Assembly: GCA_902466735.1 (NCBI GenBank)
Contig: CABQSB010000009.1
Coordinates: 21,352-85,351, forward strand
Length of the DNA: 64,000 nucleotides
Source of the DNA: an uncultured Collinsella sp.
GTDB taxonomy: Bacteria > Actinomycetota > Coriobacteriia > Coriobacteriales > Coriobacteriaceae
Direction of reading: 5' to 3'
This document shows, piece by piece, positions 9,453 to 17,194 of this stretch (position 1 is its first letter; each line of letters begins with the position of its first letter). Position numbers and translations under genes: made by a program. The notes under the pieces are model-generated. The model was not told the DNA's origin, ran no database searches, and saw nothing but the letters and a program-made list of their open reading frames with translations.

Positions 9453-10274
9453 TCATACTGGTTGACGCTTCGATTCAAACAGCAGGGCGGGCTCGCGCTT
9501 ACAGCCCCGCCATGCCAAACCGAATGGCGTTCTCAAAAGGCCTACCCCCTCCGCCTTCAGCTTTAGCAGCAGGTCGCCCAGCTCGGAGCACTTGCTGGAA
9601 AGGCGCGTCTGAGCTCGCTCGCCCATCCCCCACCGTTGACGGACCTCCTGGGCGCGCGGGCTCACGCGGTAGTCCCCGTCCATCATCTGCTTGAGCAGCT
9701 TGGCGGTTACGCGCGCATCGGCAAGGGCGCTGTGGGCGTGGCCCGTCGACTCGTCGAACTCGATGCCAAACCACGCTGCCGCGTCACTCAAAGAGACGCA
9801 CCCGTGGCTGCCCACGTCCATGATCGAGGTGTAAAACGCCTGCAGATCGGCCCAGTCCGTAGGAAATGCGGCAAGATCGATGTGCTTTGCCTGACACTCG
9901 GTCAAAAGCTGCCGACGATCCGTCCCGCTCCAGCAAACTATCTGGGCGGAGTAGCGACCGATCCAATCGTTGAGCCTTTTGATCACCACGTAGAGCGAAT
10001 CGGCCATCGCGGTGTCCACAGCCGATATCCCTGTGAGCTCGCGGACGGGAAACGCAACGCCTTCGGTAAATTCCGTCTGCACAAACTGCGAGAACTCGCC
10101 CATAACGTTGCCGTGGTAATCGAGCTTGACGGCGCCGACCTCGATAATCTCATTGCGCAGTCCACGGCGCTGGCGCTGCTTTGGCACCGGCGCAAACTCA
10201 AAGTCCAGCACAATCTGGCGCGCAAAGTTCGTCGTATCGATAGCCGAAATACCCGGCGTCTTTTCAGCTGACAC
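9453..10274 (-). CDS. DEDDh-family 3'-5' exonuclease (DnaQ-like) domain protein with C-terminal extension
   Basis: Exo I motif LDFEF. HSALADA motif (H-x4-D). GTG start chosen after a GGAGAAAGG-like RBS. The upstream 100 aa of the ORF are Ser-rich low complexity without an RBS. Confidence 0.6.
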   Translation of the reverse strand: MSAEKTPGISAIDTTNFARQIVLDFEFAPVPKQRQRRGLRNEIIEVGAVKLDYHGNVMGEFSQFVQTEFTEGVAFPVRELTGISAVDTAMADSLYVVIKRLNDWIGRYSAQIVCWSGTDRRQLLTECQAKHIDLAAFPTDWADLQAFYTSIMDVGSHGCVSLSDAAAWFGIEFDESTGHAHSALADARVTAKLLKQMMDGDYRVSPRAQEVRQRWGMGERAQTRLSSKCSELGDLLLKLKAEGVGLLRTPFGLAWRGCKREPALLFESKRQPV

Positions 10275-10738
10275 GGTTAGGGCCTTTCTCCGTTGCCTGC
10301 CGCCTGCTACATAGCTACATAGGCGGCTACATTGCCGTAAGGATAGGCGCCCGTGCGGACATGAAAGCGGGACGCAATGCCATGCGCCGGGCGCGCGTAT
10401 GCAGACGGCCCCAAGAGAGTCGCCCGCTCTATTCAAATGCATGAAAAAGATTGAGGCCCGGTGACTTGAATCAAAGGTCATCCCGGGCCCATCAGAGCTC
10501 GTAGAGCTCTTGGTTGCTTTGGTCTCGCTCTTCACGGCGCTTATCGAACTTTCCGAGGCACTCAAGCAGCATTCGAAGCATAACAAGTCGCTGCCATTAA
10601 GGCACTGACCTCTTGACCAAGCAACGGCGCTGCCCAGCTCTTCACCACTTGGGCCGCCGTCGACTTTATTCTATCCGCGAGCATCTGGTTTACCAAATGG
10701 ATTTTCGGTAAAGGAAGCACGGCACGCCCGCAAAACCA

Positions 10739-11392
10739 CTACGCCCCAAGTGCCGCCATGGGGATCACCGCCACGCCGTCGTCGCGTGTGTAGGCAATGC
10801 TCCCCTTTCCAACCACGACCGCCAAAAACGCCGGCGCGGCATTCTGGGCGGCAGGATTGGAGAGCACTTTCCTCTCCAGCGCCTTGAGATTTCTCGCTCC
10901 ATCGTCTGCTTTCGCATCACTCAGCTTGACCTCAATGGCTCCCCAGCGCCCGTCGTGCTCAACGATCAGATCGACCTCAAGGCCCTTCTCATCTCGGAAA
11001 TAATGGACACTGTTGTCGACACCGCCGTAGGTGGAAAGGAACACGCGCACATCGCGCAGAACGAGGTTCTCAAAGAGCATCCCCAACGTTTGCATATCGC
11101 CAAGCAGCCGCTCAGGGGTAGCCCCCAGCAACGCCGCCGCAAGTGACGGGTCGCAGAAGTAGCGCTTGGGGCGCACGCGAACGCGGGCCTTCGAGCGCAT
11201 GGGCGGCTCCCATCCGCACGGGTCCTCGGTCAGTTTGAGCCTGTTGAAGAGGTCCAAGTACGCAGCGATGGTCCTCTCGTCGGGACCCGCCTCACCGTAC
11301 GAGGCGTCCTTTATGAGCGTCTTGTACGTGACGGCCTGGCTCTCGTTCATGGCAAGAGCTCGCAAAAGGCCGTGTGCAAGCTCGGGCGACAT
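10739..11392 (-). pseudogene. N-terminally truncated AAA-family ATPase: only the DUF4143-type C-terminal domain remains
   Basis: 217 aa match the C-terminal (DUF4143) half of the common 400-aa ATP-binding protein family. No Walker A/B region upstream. Tandem repeats start 15 nt upstream of the ATG. Confidence 0.5.
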
Positions 11393-11410
11393 GCGATATA
11401 CGAAATTACG

Positions 11411-11502
11411 CCATTCTCAATGCTGTTTTTACGCTACTTTCAATGTAGTTTTTACGCCATGACAGATGCAGTTTTTACGCTATTTTCATTGAAGGTTTTA
11501 CG
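11411..11502. repeat. 4 x 23-bp tandem direct repeat (consensus YYAYTNTCAWTGNNGTTTTTACG)
   Basis: Units read directly: cattctcaatgctgtttttacg / ctactttcaatgtagtttttacg / ccatgacagatgcagtttttacg / ctattttcattgaaggttttacg. Confidence 0.8.
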
Positions 11503-11539
11503 CTTGGCATCCTTAGCGCAACGCTCGCTCAACCCCTGA

Positions 11540-11900
11540 CCACCGGATTGCCCGAATTCCGGGATGCTGCCTCCGCTCCAAACAAAAGGCCCAGCTCGCG
11601 ATGAGCTGCCTCCCATTTCTTGAACATTAGAAATGGGAGACTTTCCACCCCATGCCTCTATCGGAAACGGAATCCCGTCCTGAACATCGAATCCGGGACG
11701 TAGTTTCCGCATGCGGCCTCGTTAGGAAAGCATGTCCCACTCTGAGCGCTCATTCCGGGGTGCAATTTCCGCCAGAAACGCCGCCGGGAAAGCACATCCC
11801 GATTTGGAGCCGAAATCTGGGATGTAGTTTCCACTTGAAGGGCGATCCGGAAAGCACGTCCCATTCCGAGTGGCAATTCCGGGTCACAGTTTCCGCAGAT
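11540..11900. repeat. Array 1 of a roughly 62-bp repeat made of alternating inverted ~31-bp half-units (GGAAAGNRYRTCCC... / GGGNYGNANTTTCC...). About 4.5 units with a terminator-like module near the left end.
   Basis: Units read directly, e.g. ggaaagcatgtccc...ggggtgcaatttcc and ggaaagcacgtccc...gggtcacagtttcc. Same family and same orientation as array 2. Confidence 0.8.
11579..11610 (-). terminator. terminator-like module H1 (CTCCAAACAAAAGG + GC hairpin), paralogous to the xdhD terminator. A second perfect 10-bp hairpin (TCCCATTTCT/AGAAATGGGA) lies at about 11611-11638.
   Basis: On the minus strand it reads as a hairpin followed by UUUUGUUUGG. No minus-strand gene upstream, so it is an orphan copy. 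Confidence 0.4.
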
Positions 11901-12190
11901 ACAAGACGACGATCCGCAGCCCTTATCACATGCCTTCAAACATGCGATCCAGAAACGCAAAACAGCGGATAGAATGCTCTTTTTCAAAAAAGTACACGTC
12001 CCGAAACTTACCCAGTCTTCATAACTCGCTACCGTTCACGGTCGCCGATTACCGTCCACCGATTCGGATGTAAAAATGTCGCCGAAAACAGGCCATCTAC
12101 CTGCATGGTTAGATTTTGGTCAGCTTTTGGTCAGTTGAGCGGCAAGTTCCGGCTGATACGTTTTTGCTACCCAAAAGGAGGCGGTAGCTC

Positions 12191-13189
12191 ATGACCCATT
12201 GCAATGACCAACTCATCGACCAACTGCTCACTCAGGCCGAGCAGGAGGGACGATGCCTTATTCCCCCGAGCACGGCGGTCCGAAAAGCGCTCCTTCAGCG
12301 CATGGGCGTCACGGTCGCCTCGCCCATGCCGGGGTTGTTTGCGCGAAAAACGCGCTGGGACGAACTCAACCGAGCGCAACGCCATTGCGAGATTATCCGC
12401 GCCCTTGCAATCATCCACCCCGATTGGACGTTCTGCTCGTTTTCGGCAGCATGCCTCCTGGGACTCGAAGTCTCGTGGCGGCACCTGAACGTCGCACACG
12501 TCTGCAGCTCGACAAAACCATCGGCTCGCCCGGGCGCGCATATTCAGCGGCATCAGATCGAGCCGGCCGGAGCAATCCGTCTATCCAGCACATCGGTAAC
12601 GCCGCCCATCAAAACGGTAACGGATTGCCTGCTGCAGACCGGTTTTGCCGATGGCATGCCTATTGCCGATTCGGCGATCTCAAAGCTTGGCCTAACGCGA
12701 GAGCAGCTGATGGGAGCAGTCGAAAAACGAGCGGGCGCTCGCAACGGCCGCGCGGTGCGCACGGCCCTCACCACGCTCCAATATGCTGACGCGCGCGCCG
12801 AGAGCGGCGGGGAATCGGTCGCCCGCGCTGTCATGATCGAGACCGGCTTTGCACCCGACCAACTTCAATACGAGCTAACGGATCCCTTCGATTCGACCGA
12901 AAGCATGCGAACGGATTTTGCCTGGGAGCGTCAAGCCAGGGAGCTCACGCTGGGCGAACTCGACGGGCTCATCAAATATACCGACCAGACCATGCTGGCC
13001 GGACGCACCACCGCCGAGGCGCTCGTTGCCGAACGACAGCGCGAGGCGCATCTATCGCTCTACGGTCACCCTCTGCTGCGCTTTACCATGAACGAGGTCC
13101 GCTCGGCAGGAATGCTCGCCAAAAAGCTGCAGACGGCAGGCATCCGGCAGACCGCGCTGCCGACATGGCTCAACGACGTGGAGCTGTAG
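12191..13189 (+). CDS. DUF559 (Vsr/restriction-endonuclease-like) domain protein with N-terminal AbiEi-antitoxin-like domain
   Basis: 332 aa. AAAAGGAGG RBS. N-terminus GLFARKTRWDELNRAQRHCEIIRALAIIHPDWTFCSFSAACLLGL is the typical AbiEi_4-like block. C-terminus RTDFAWERQARELTLGELDGLIKYTD...GHPLLRFTMNEV matches the DUF559 pattern. Confidence 0.7.
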   Translation: MTHCNDQLIDQLLTQAEQEGRCLIPPSTAVRKALLQRMGVTVASPMPGLFARKTRWDELNRAQRHCEIIRALAIIHPDWTFCSFSAACLLGLEVSWRHLNVAHVCSSTKPSARPGAHIQRHQIEPAGAIRLSSTSVTPPIKTVTDCLLQTGFADGMPIADSAISKLGLTREQLMGAVEKRAGARNGRAVRTALTTLQYADARAESGGESVARAVMIETGFAPDQLQYELTDPFDSTESMRTDFAWERQARELTLGELDGLIKYTDQTMLAGRTTAEALVAERQREAHLSLYGHPLLRFTMNEVRSAGMLAKKLQTAGIRQTALPTWLNDVEL

Positions 13190-13264
13190 GAGCCGCTAGG
13201 CCGCGCATCGCCGAATCGCATCCCCCCCCTATCTGGGCCGCGTTTTCCCAACGGCCACGCCAAC

Positions 13265-13808
13265 GGAAAGCGCGTCCCAGTCTGGACGCTCAAAACGGGA
13301 TGTACATTCCGGATGGCGGGCCTAGCGGAAAACGTGTCCCGGAATAGACGCTCAAACTGGGATGCAGTTTCCAAGTGAATGACAACCGGAAAGTGCGTCC
13401 CGGAATAGGAGCTCGGAACGGGATGCGCTTTCCTGACGAAGCTCCTTGCGGAAAGCGTGTCCCAGAATGAAGACTCAGAATGGGATGCAATTTCCGCCTG
13501 AAGGCGATTCGGAAAGCATATCCCGTTCTGGCATCGAATTCCGGGTCGCAGTTTCCGGTTGAGGGCTGTTCCGGAAAGTGTGTCCCATTCCAGGCGCGGA
13601 TTCCGGGACGCACTTTCCGTTTGAAGCTCCAACCGGAAAGCGCGTCCCACTCTGGAGCCGAATTCCGGGACACGCTTTCCGCCAGAGGCTCTACCGGAAA
13701 GCGCATCCCATTCTGAGCATCGATTCCGGGTCGCAGTTTCCGCCTGAGAGCCGATCCAGAAACTGCATCCCATTCTGAGCGCCAATTCCGGGTCGCAGTT
13801 TCCGCTCC
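13265..13808. repeat. Array 2 of the same ~62-bp alternating inverted-unit repeat, about 9 units, ending in terminator module H2
   Basis: Nine consecutive units begin GGAAAG(C/T)G(C/T)(G/A)TCCC, each followed about 18 nt later by GGG(A/T)(T/C)GCANTTTCC, the reverse complement of the first half. The two minus-strand ORFs in the track are artefacts of the repeat. Confidence 0.85.
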
Positions 13809-13844
13809 AAACAAAAGGCTCCGGCTCGCGATGGAGCCGGAGCC
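13809..13844 (-). terminator. intrinsic terminator of the xdhD operon (GGCTCCGGCTC / GAGCCGGAGCC 11-bp stem followed by UUUUGUUUGG on the minus strand)
   Basis: Perfect stem plus U-rich tail read on the minus strand, 70 nt downstream of the xdhD stop. Confidence 0.75.
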
Positions 13845-13913
13845 AAAGGCACAGCTTATGCAGTTGATGTTGAGCGCGAACGGCCCGTCAGCAATGACCG
13901 TCCGCGCTCTACC

Positions 13914-16691
13914 CTACCCGCGGTGACGGGCGCGGCTGTACGGCGTATCCACCATGGGCAGATCGGGGCGTAGCTTGCCGTCAAACGCGCGGTAGGCGTT
14001 CTGCACGGCGGGCGCCGTGGGGATCGTTGCGATCTCGCCGATGCCCTTGCCGCCATATGCCACAGGCAGCAGCTCGTCCTTCTCCACGTAGATGGCGTGG
14101 ATATCCGGAATCTCGGGCGCACGGAACAGCCCGAGCGTGCCGTACCTTGCCTGGGGCACGCAGTCCTTGAGCGGCCAGTCCTCGGTAAGCGCATAGCCCA
14201 TACCCATGAGCACGCCGCCTTCAATCTGACCCTGGATGGAGATGGGGTTGACCACCTTGCCGGAATCGTGCGCAGCATAGATCTCGCTCACGTGACCGTC
14301 ATCGTCCAAAATGACCACATGCGTGGCAAAGCCGTAGCAGATGTGGCTCTTGGGGTTGGGGACGTCGGCGCCCAGCTTGTCGGTCGGCTCCAGGTACACG
14401 TAGCCAAACTCGCATCCCTCGAGCGCCTTGATGGCGGCCGCGGGATCCTGAGGATGCATGCCCTGGCCGGCGACGAGCTCCTGTGTGCGCAGCTGATAGG
14501 CGCGACCGTCGTCGTACTCGATCTTGACGCCGTCGCCATGCGCACTCACGGGAGCATCGGGTGCAGGCTTGCCGGCCTCGATGCCAACCATAGCATCGCG
14601 CAGCAGGAAGGCGGCGCCGCGCACGGCCTCGCCGGTCACGACCGTTTGACGCGAGCCAGACGTGGTGCCGGAGTCGGGAGCGTTCTCGGTAGAGCACTCG
14701 CCGTTGGCGATGCAGCTCAGCGGCAGACCGCAGGCCTCGGCAACGTCCTGCAAAAAGACCGTGTTGCAGCCCTGGCCGATGTCGGACGTGGCGGCGTAGA
14801 CCACGGCGCGGCCATCCTCGACGCGAATCTTGCAGCGACCGGCATCGGGCAGACCCACGCCCACGCCGGCGTTCTTCATGGCGCAGGCAATGCCGGCGTG
14901 GCCGGGATGCGCGTAGTAGGCATCCTTGACCTCGAGCAGCGTCTCCTTAAGCGCCGTGGAGCAGTCGGCAATCTGGCCGTTGGGCAAAACCTCACCCGGC
15001 TCGATGGCGTTGCGGTAGCGAATCTCCCACGGATCCAAACCGACCTTCTCGGCCAGCAGGTCGATCAGGCTCTCGAGCGCAAACTCGGATTGGCAAACGC
15101 CAAAGCCGCGGTACGCACCGGCGGGCGGGTTGTTGGTGTAGTAGCCAAAACCGCGAATGTCGGTGTTCTGGTACTTGTAGGGACCGACGGCATGCGTGCA
15201 GGCACGCTCGAGCACCGGGCCGCACAGCGAAGCGTAGGCGCCGGTATCAAAGTTGATCTCGCAATCCAGGCCGGTAAAGTTGCCTTCGGCATCGCAGCCC
15301 AGTGTAAAGGTGCCGTCCATGGCATGACGCTTGGGATGGAACGCGAGCGACTCAGCGCGCGTGAGCTTGCACTTCACAGGACGCTGGAGCTTATAGGCAG
15401 CAAGCGCGGCCAGGTGCTGGATGGATACGTCCTCCTTACCGCCAAAGCCGCCACCCACGAGCATGGTCTCGACGACCACACGCTCGGGTTCGTTATCCCA
15501 GCCAAACATGTGGGCGCACTCTTTGCGCGTGTCGTAGGCTCCCTGGTCGGTCGACTGCACCTTGACGCCGTTCTTGTACGGGAAGGCAACGGCGCACTCG
15601 GGCTCCAAGAAGGCATGCTCGGTAAAGGGCGTGGTAAAGCGCTGCGTCACGGTGAACGCGCTCTCTGCCAGCGCCTTGGCGGCGTCGCCGCGCGTCACAT
15701 GGCGGCTCTGGCACACGTTGTCCTTGAGCTCCACCGTGTTGCCAAAGGCAAAGAAGCTGTCATGCAGGCGTGGGGCGTCGGCGGCCTTGGCCTCGACAAT
15801 GTTGCGCACGGGCTCCAGCGGCTCGTAATCGATCTTTACGAGCTTCTTGGCCTTCTCGAGCGTCGCCTCGTCCTCGGCAACCACCAGCACGATGGCATCG
15901 CCCACGCAGCGGGTGATATCGCCCGCCGCGATCATGACGTCCCAGTCCTGGATAAGGTGGCCGACTTGGTTGACCGGCACGTCCTCGGCGCGCAGGATGC
16001 CCACCACGCCGGGCAGGGCCTCGGCCTTGGAAGTGTCGATGGAGAGCACGCGGGCGCGCGGATACTTGGAGCGCACGGCGCTGGCGTAGGTCAGACCTGG
16101 CTGATCGAGCTCGTCGATGTCGTCGGGATACTTGCCCTCGCCGAGCACCTTCTTGCGCACGTCGATACGGAAGGCGCGCTTGCCTACGCCGTAGTTGTCG
16201 CCGCGCTCCAGATCCTCGTCGATCTGCTTTTCGCCGCGGAGCACCGCAGCGGCCAGCGAAATGCCCTCGATAATCTTCTTGTAGCCGGTGCAGCGGCAGA
16301 CGTTGCCGCGGATGGCGTACTTGATCTGCTCCTCGGTGGGCTCGGGGTCCTCGGCGATGAGCGCTGCACCCGCCATGACCATGCCGGGGATGCAAAAACC
16401 GCACTGCACGGCGCCCACGGCGCCAAAGGCGTACACAAAGGCCTCGCGCACGTCCTCGGGCAGGCCCTCGACGGTCACGATGTTACGGCCGGCGGCAAGA
16501 GCGGTGGTCAGCACGCACGCCTTGACGGCCGCGCCGTCTACATGGATGGTGCAGGTACCGCAGGCGCCCTCGGAGCAGCCGTCCTTAGCGGAATGGATAT
16601 GCAGGTCGTCGCGCAAGTAGCGGAGCAGCGGCTTGTTCTGAGTCGTCGTGCGCTCGACGCCGTTAACGGTAAAAGTGAATTCCTGTGCCAT
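13914..16691 (-). CDS. xdhD: molybdenum hydroxylase, XdhD/aldehyde-oxidoreductase type (two N-terminal [2Fe-2S] domains fused to the molybdopterin-binding subunit)
   Basis: 925 aa. Ferredoxin-type and second 2Fe-2S cysteine motifs (CSEGACGTCTIHVDG ... QCGFCIPGMVMAG ... CRCTGY), then the MoCo-binding large-subunit fold. No FAD domain, as in E. coli XdhD. Confidence 0.85.
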   Translation of the reverse strand: MAQEFTFTVNGVERTTTQNKPLLRYLRDDLHIHSAKDGCSEGACGTCTIHVDGAAVKACVLTTALAAGRNIVTVEGLPEDVREAFVYAFGAVGAVQCGFCIPGMVMAGAALIAEDPEPTEEQIKYAIRGNVCRCTGYKKIIEGISLAAAVLRGEKQIDEDLERGDNYGVGKRAFRIDVRKKVLGEGKYPDDIDELDQPGLTYASAVRSKYPRARVLSIDTSKAEALPGVVGILRAEDVPVNQVGHLIQDWDVMIAAGDITRCVGDAIVLVVAEDEATLEKAKKLVKIDYEPLEPVRNIVEAKAADAPRLHDSFFAFGNTVELKDNVCQSRHVTRGDAAKALAESAFTVTQRFTTPFTEHAFLEPECAVAFPYKNGVKVQSTDQGAYDTRKECAHMFGWDNEPERVVVETMLVGGGFGGKEDVSIQHLAALAAYKLQRPVKCKLTRAESLAFHPKRHAMDGTFTLGCDAEGNFTGLDCEINFDTGAYASLCGPVLERACTHAVGPYKYQNTDIRGFGYYTNNPPAGAYRGFGVCQSEFALESLIDLLAEKVGLDPWEIRYRNAIEPGEVLPNGQIADCSTALKETLLEVKDAYYAHPGHAGIACAMKNAGVGVGLPDAGRCKIRVEDGRAVVYAATSDIGQGCNTVFLQDVAEACGLPLSCIANGECSTENAPDSGTTSGSRQTVVTGEAVRGAAFLLRDAMVGIEAGKPAPDAPVSAHGDGVKIEYDDGRAYQLRTQELVAGQGMHPQDPAAAIKALEGCEFGYVYLEPTDKLGADVPNPKSHICYGFATHVVILDDDGHVSEIYAAHDSGKVVNPISIQGQIEGGVLMGMGYALTEDWPLKDCVPQARYGTLGLFRAPEIPDIHAIYVEKDELLPVAYGGKGIGEIATIPTAPAVQNAYRAFDGKLRPDLPMVDTPYSRARHRG

Positions 16692-16703
16692 GGTGATTCC
16701 CTT

Positions 16704-17183
16704 CTACACGCCGGCGGCGATGCCGGTGCGGTCGTGGATGGCGCCATGCGGGCAGACGACGGCGCACATGCCGCACGACAGGCAGTCCGCGCCGTCGATA
16801 TGGGCGCAGTTGTCCTCGATGCGGATAGCGCTGGCAGGGCACTTTTTGGCGCACATGCCGCAACCGATGCAGCTCGTGTCGCAGATCTTGCGCGCAATGG
16901 CGCCCTTGTCGGTGTTGTTGCAGCGCACCAGGATGTTCTGGTAGCCGGGAACGAAGGCAATCACGCGCTGTGGACACGCCATGCCGCACAGGCCACAGCC
17001 CGTGCACTTGGAGCGATCCACGCGGGCGATGCCATCGACCAGCGCAATGGCACCGTGGGGGCAGGCCGTGACGCAGGCGCCACAGCCAATGCAGCCTTCG
17101 CTGCAGCGGGCGTCGCCGCCTGCGGAGGCACAGCCGCTTCCGCAGGCAACGTAGGCCACGTTATGTTGAATGGATTTGGCCAT
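16704..17183 (-). CDS. multi-cluster 4Fe-4S ferredoxin-domain protein
   Basis: 159 aa with four CxxCxxCxxxCP motifs. Confidence 0.8.
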   Translation of the reverse strand: MAKSIQHNVAYVACGSGCASAGGDARCSEGCIGCGACVTACPHGAIALVDGIARVDRSKCTGCGLCGMACPQRVIAFVPGYQNILVRCNNTDKGAIARKICDTSCIGCGMCAKKCPASAIRIEDNCAHIDGADCLSCGMCAVVCPHGAIHDRTGIAAGV

Positions 17184-17194
17184 AAGAGACTCGC

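Noticed and set aside
10275-10586. Longer N-terminus (377 aa) for the DEDDh exonuclease
   Set aside because: The extra 100 aa are Ser/Cys-rich low complexity with no RBS. A GTG with a GGAGAAAGG-like RBS lies immediately before the conserved exonuclease domain. The start is kept at about 10274 with moderate confidence.
11540-13808. Repeat arrays as a CRISPR locus
   Set aside because: Units are degenerate rather than identical. There are no unique spacer-sized intervening segments. Orientation alternates head-to-head. No cas genes are present.
13066-13814. Minus-strand ORFs of 239 and 174 aa spanning repeat array 2
   Set aside because: The 61/62-bp unit is not a multiple of 3, so the peptide repeats drift between frames. 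The openness comes from the stop-poor repeat composition. No RBS.
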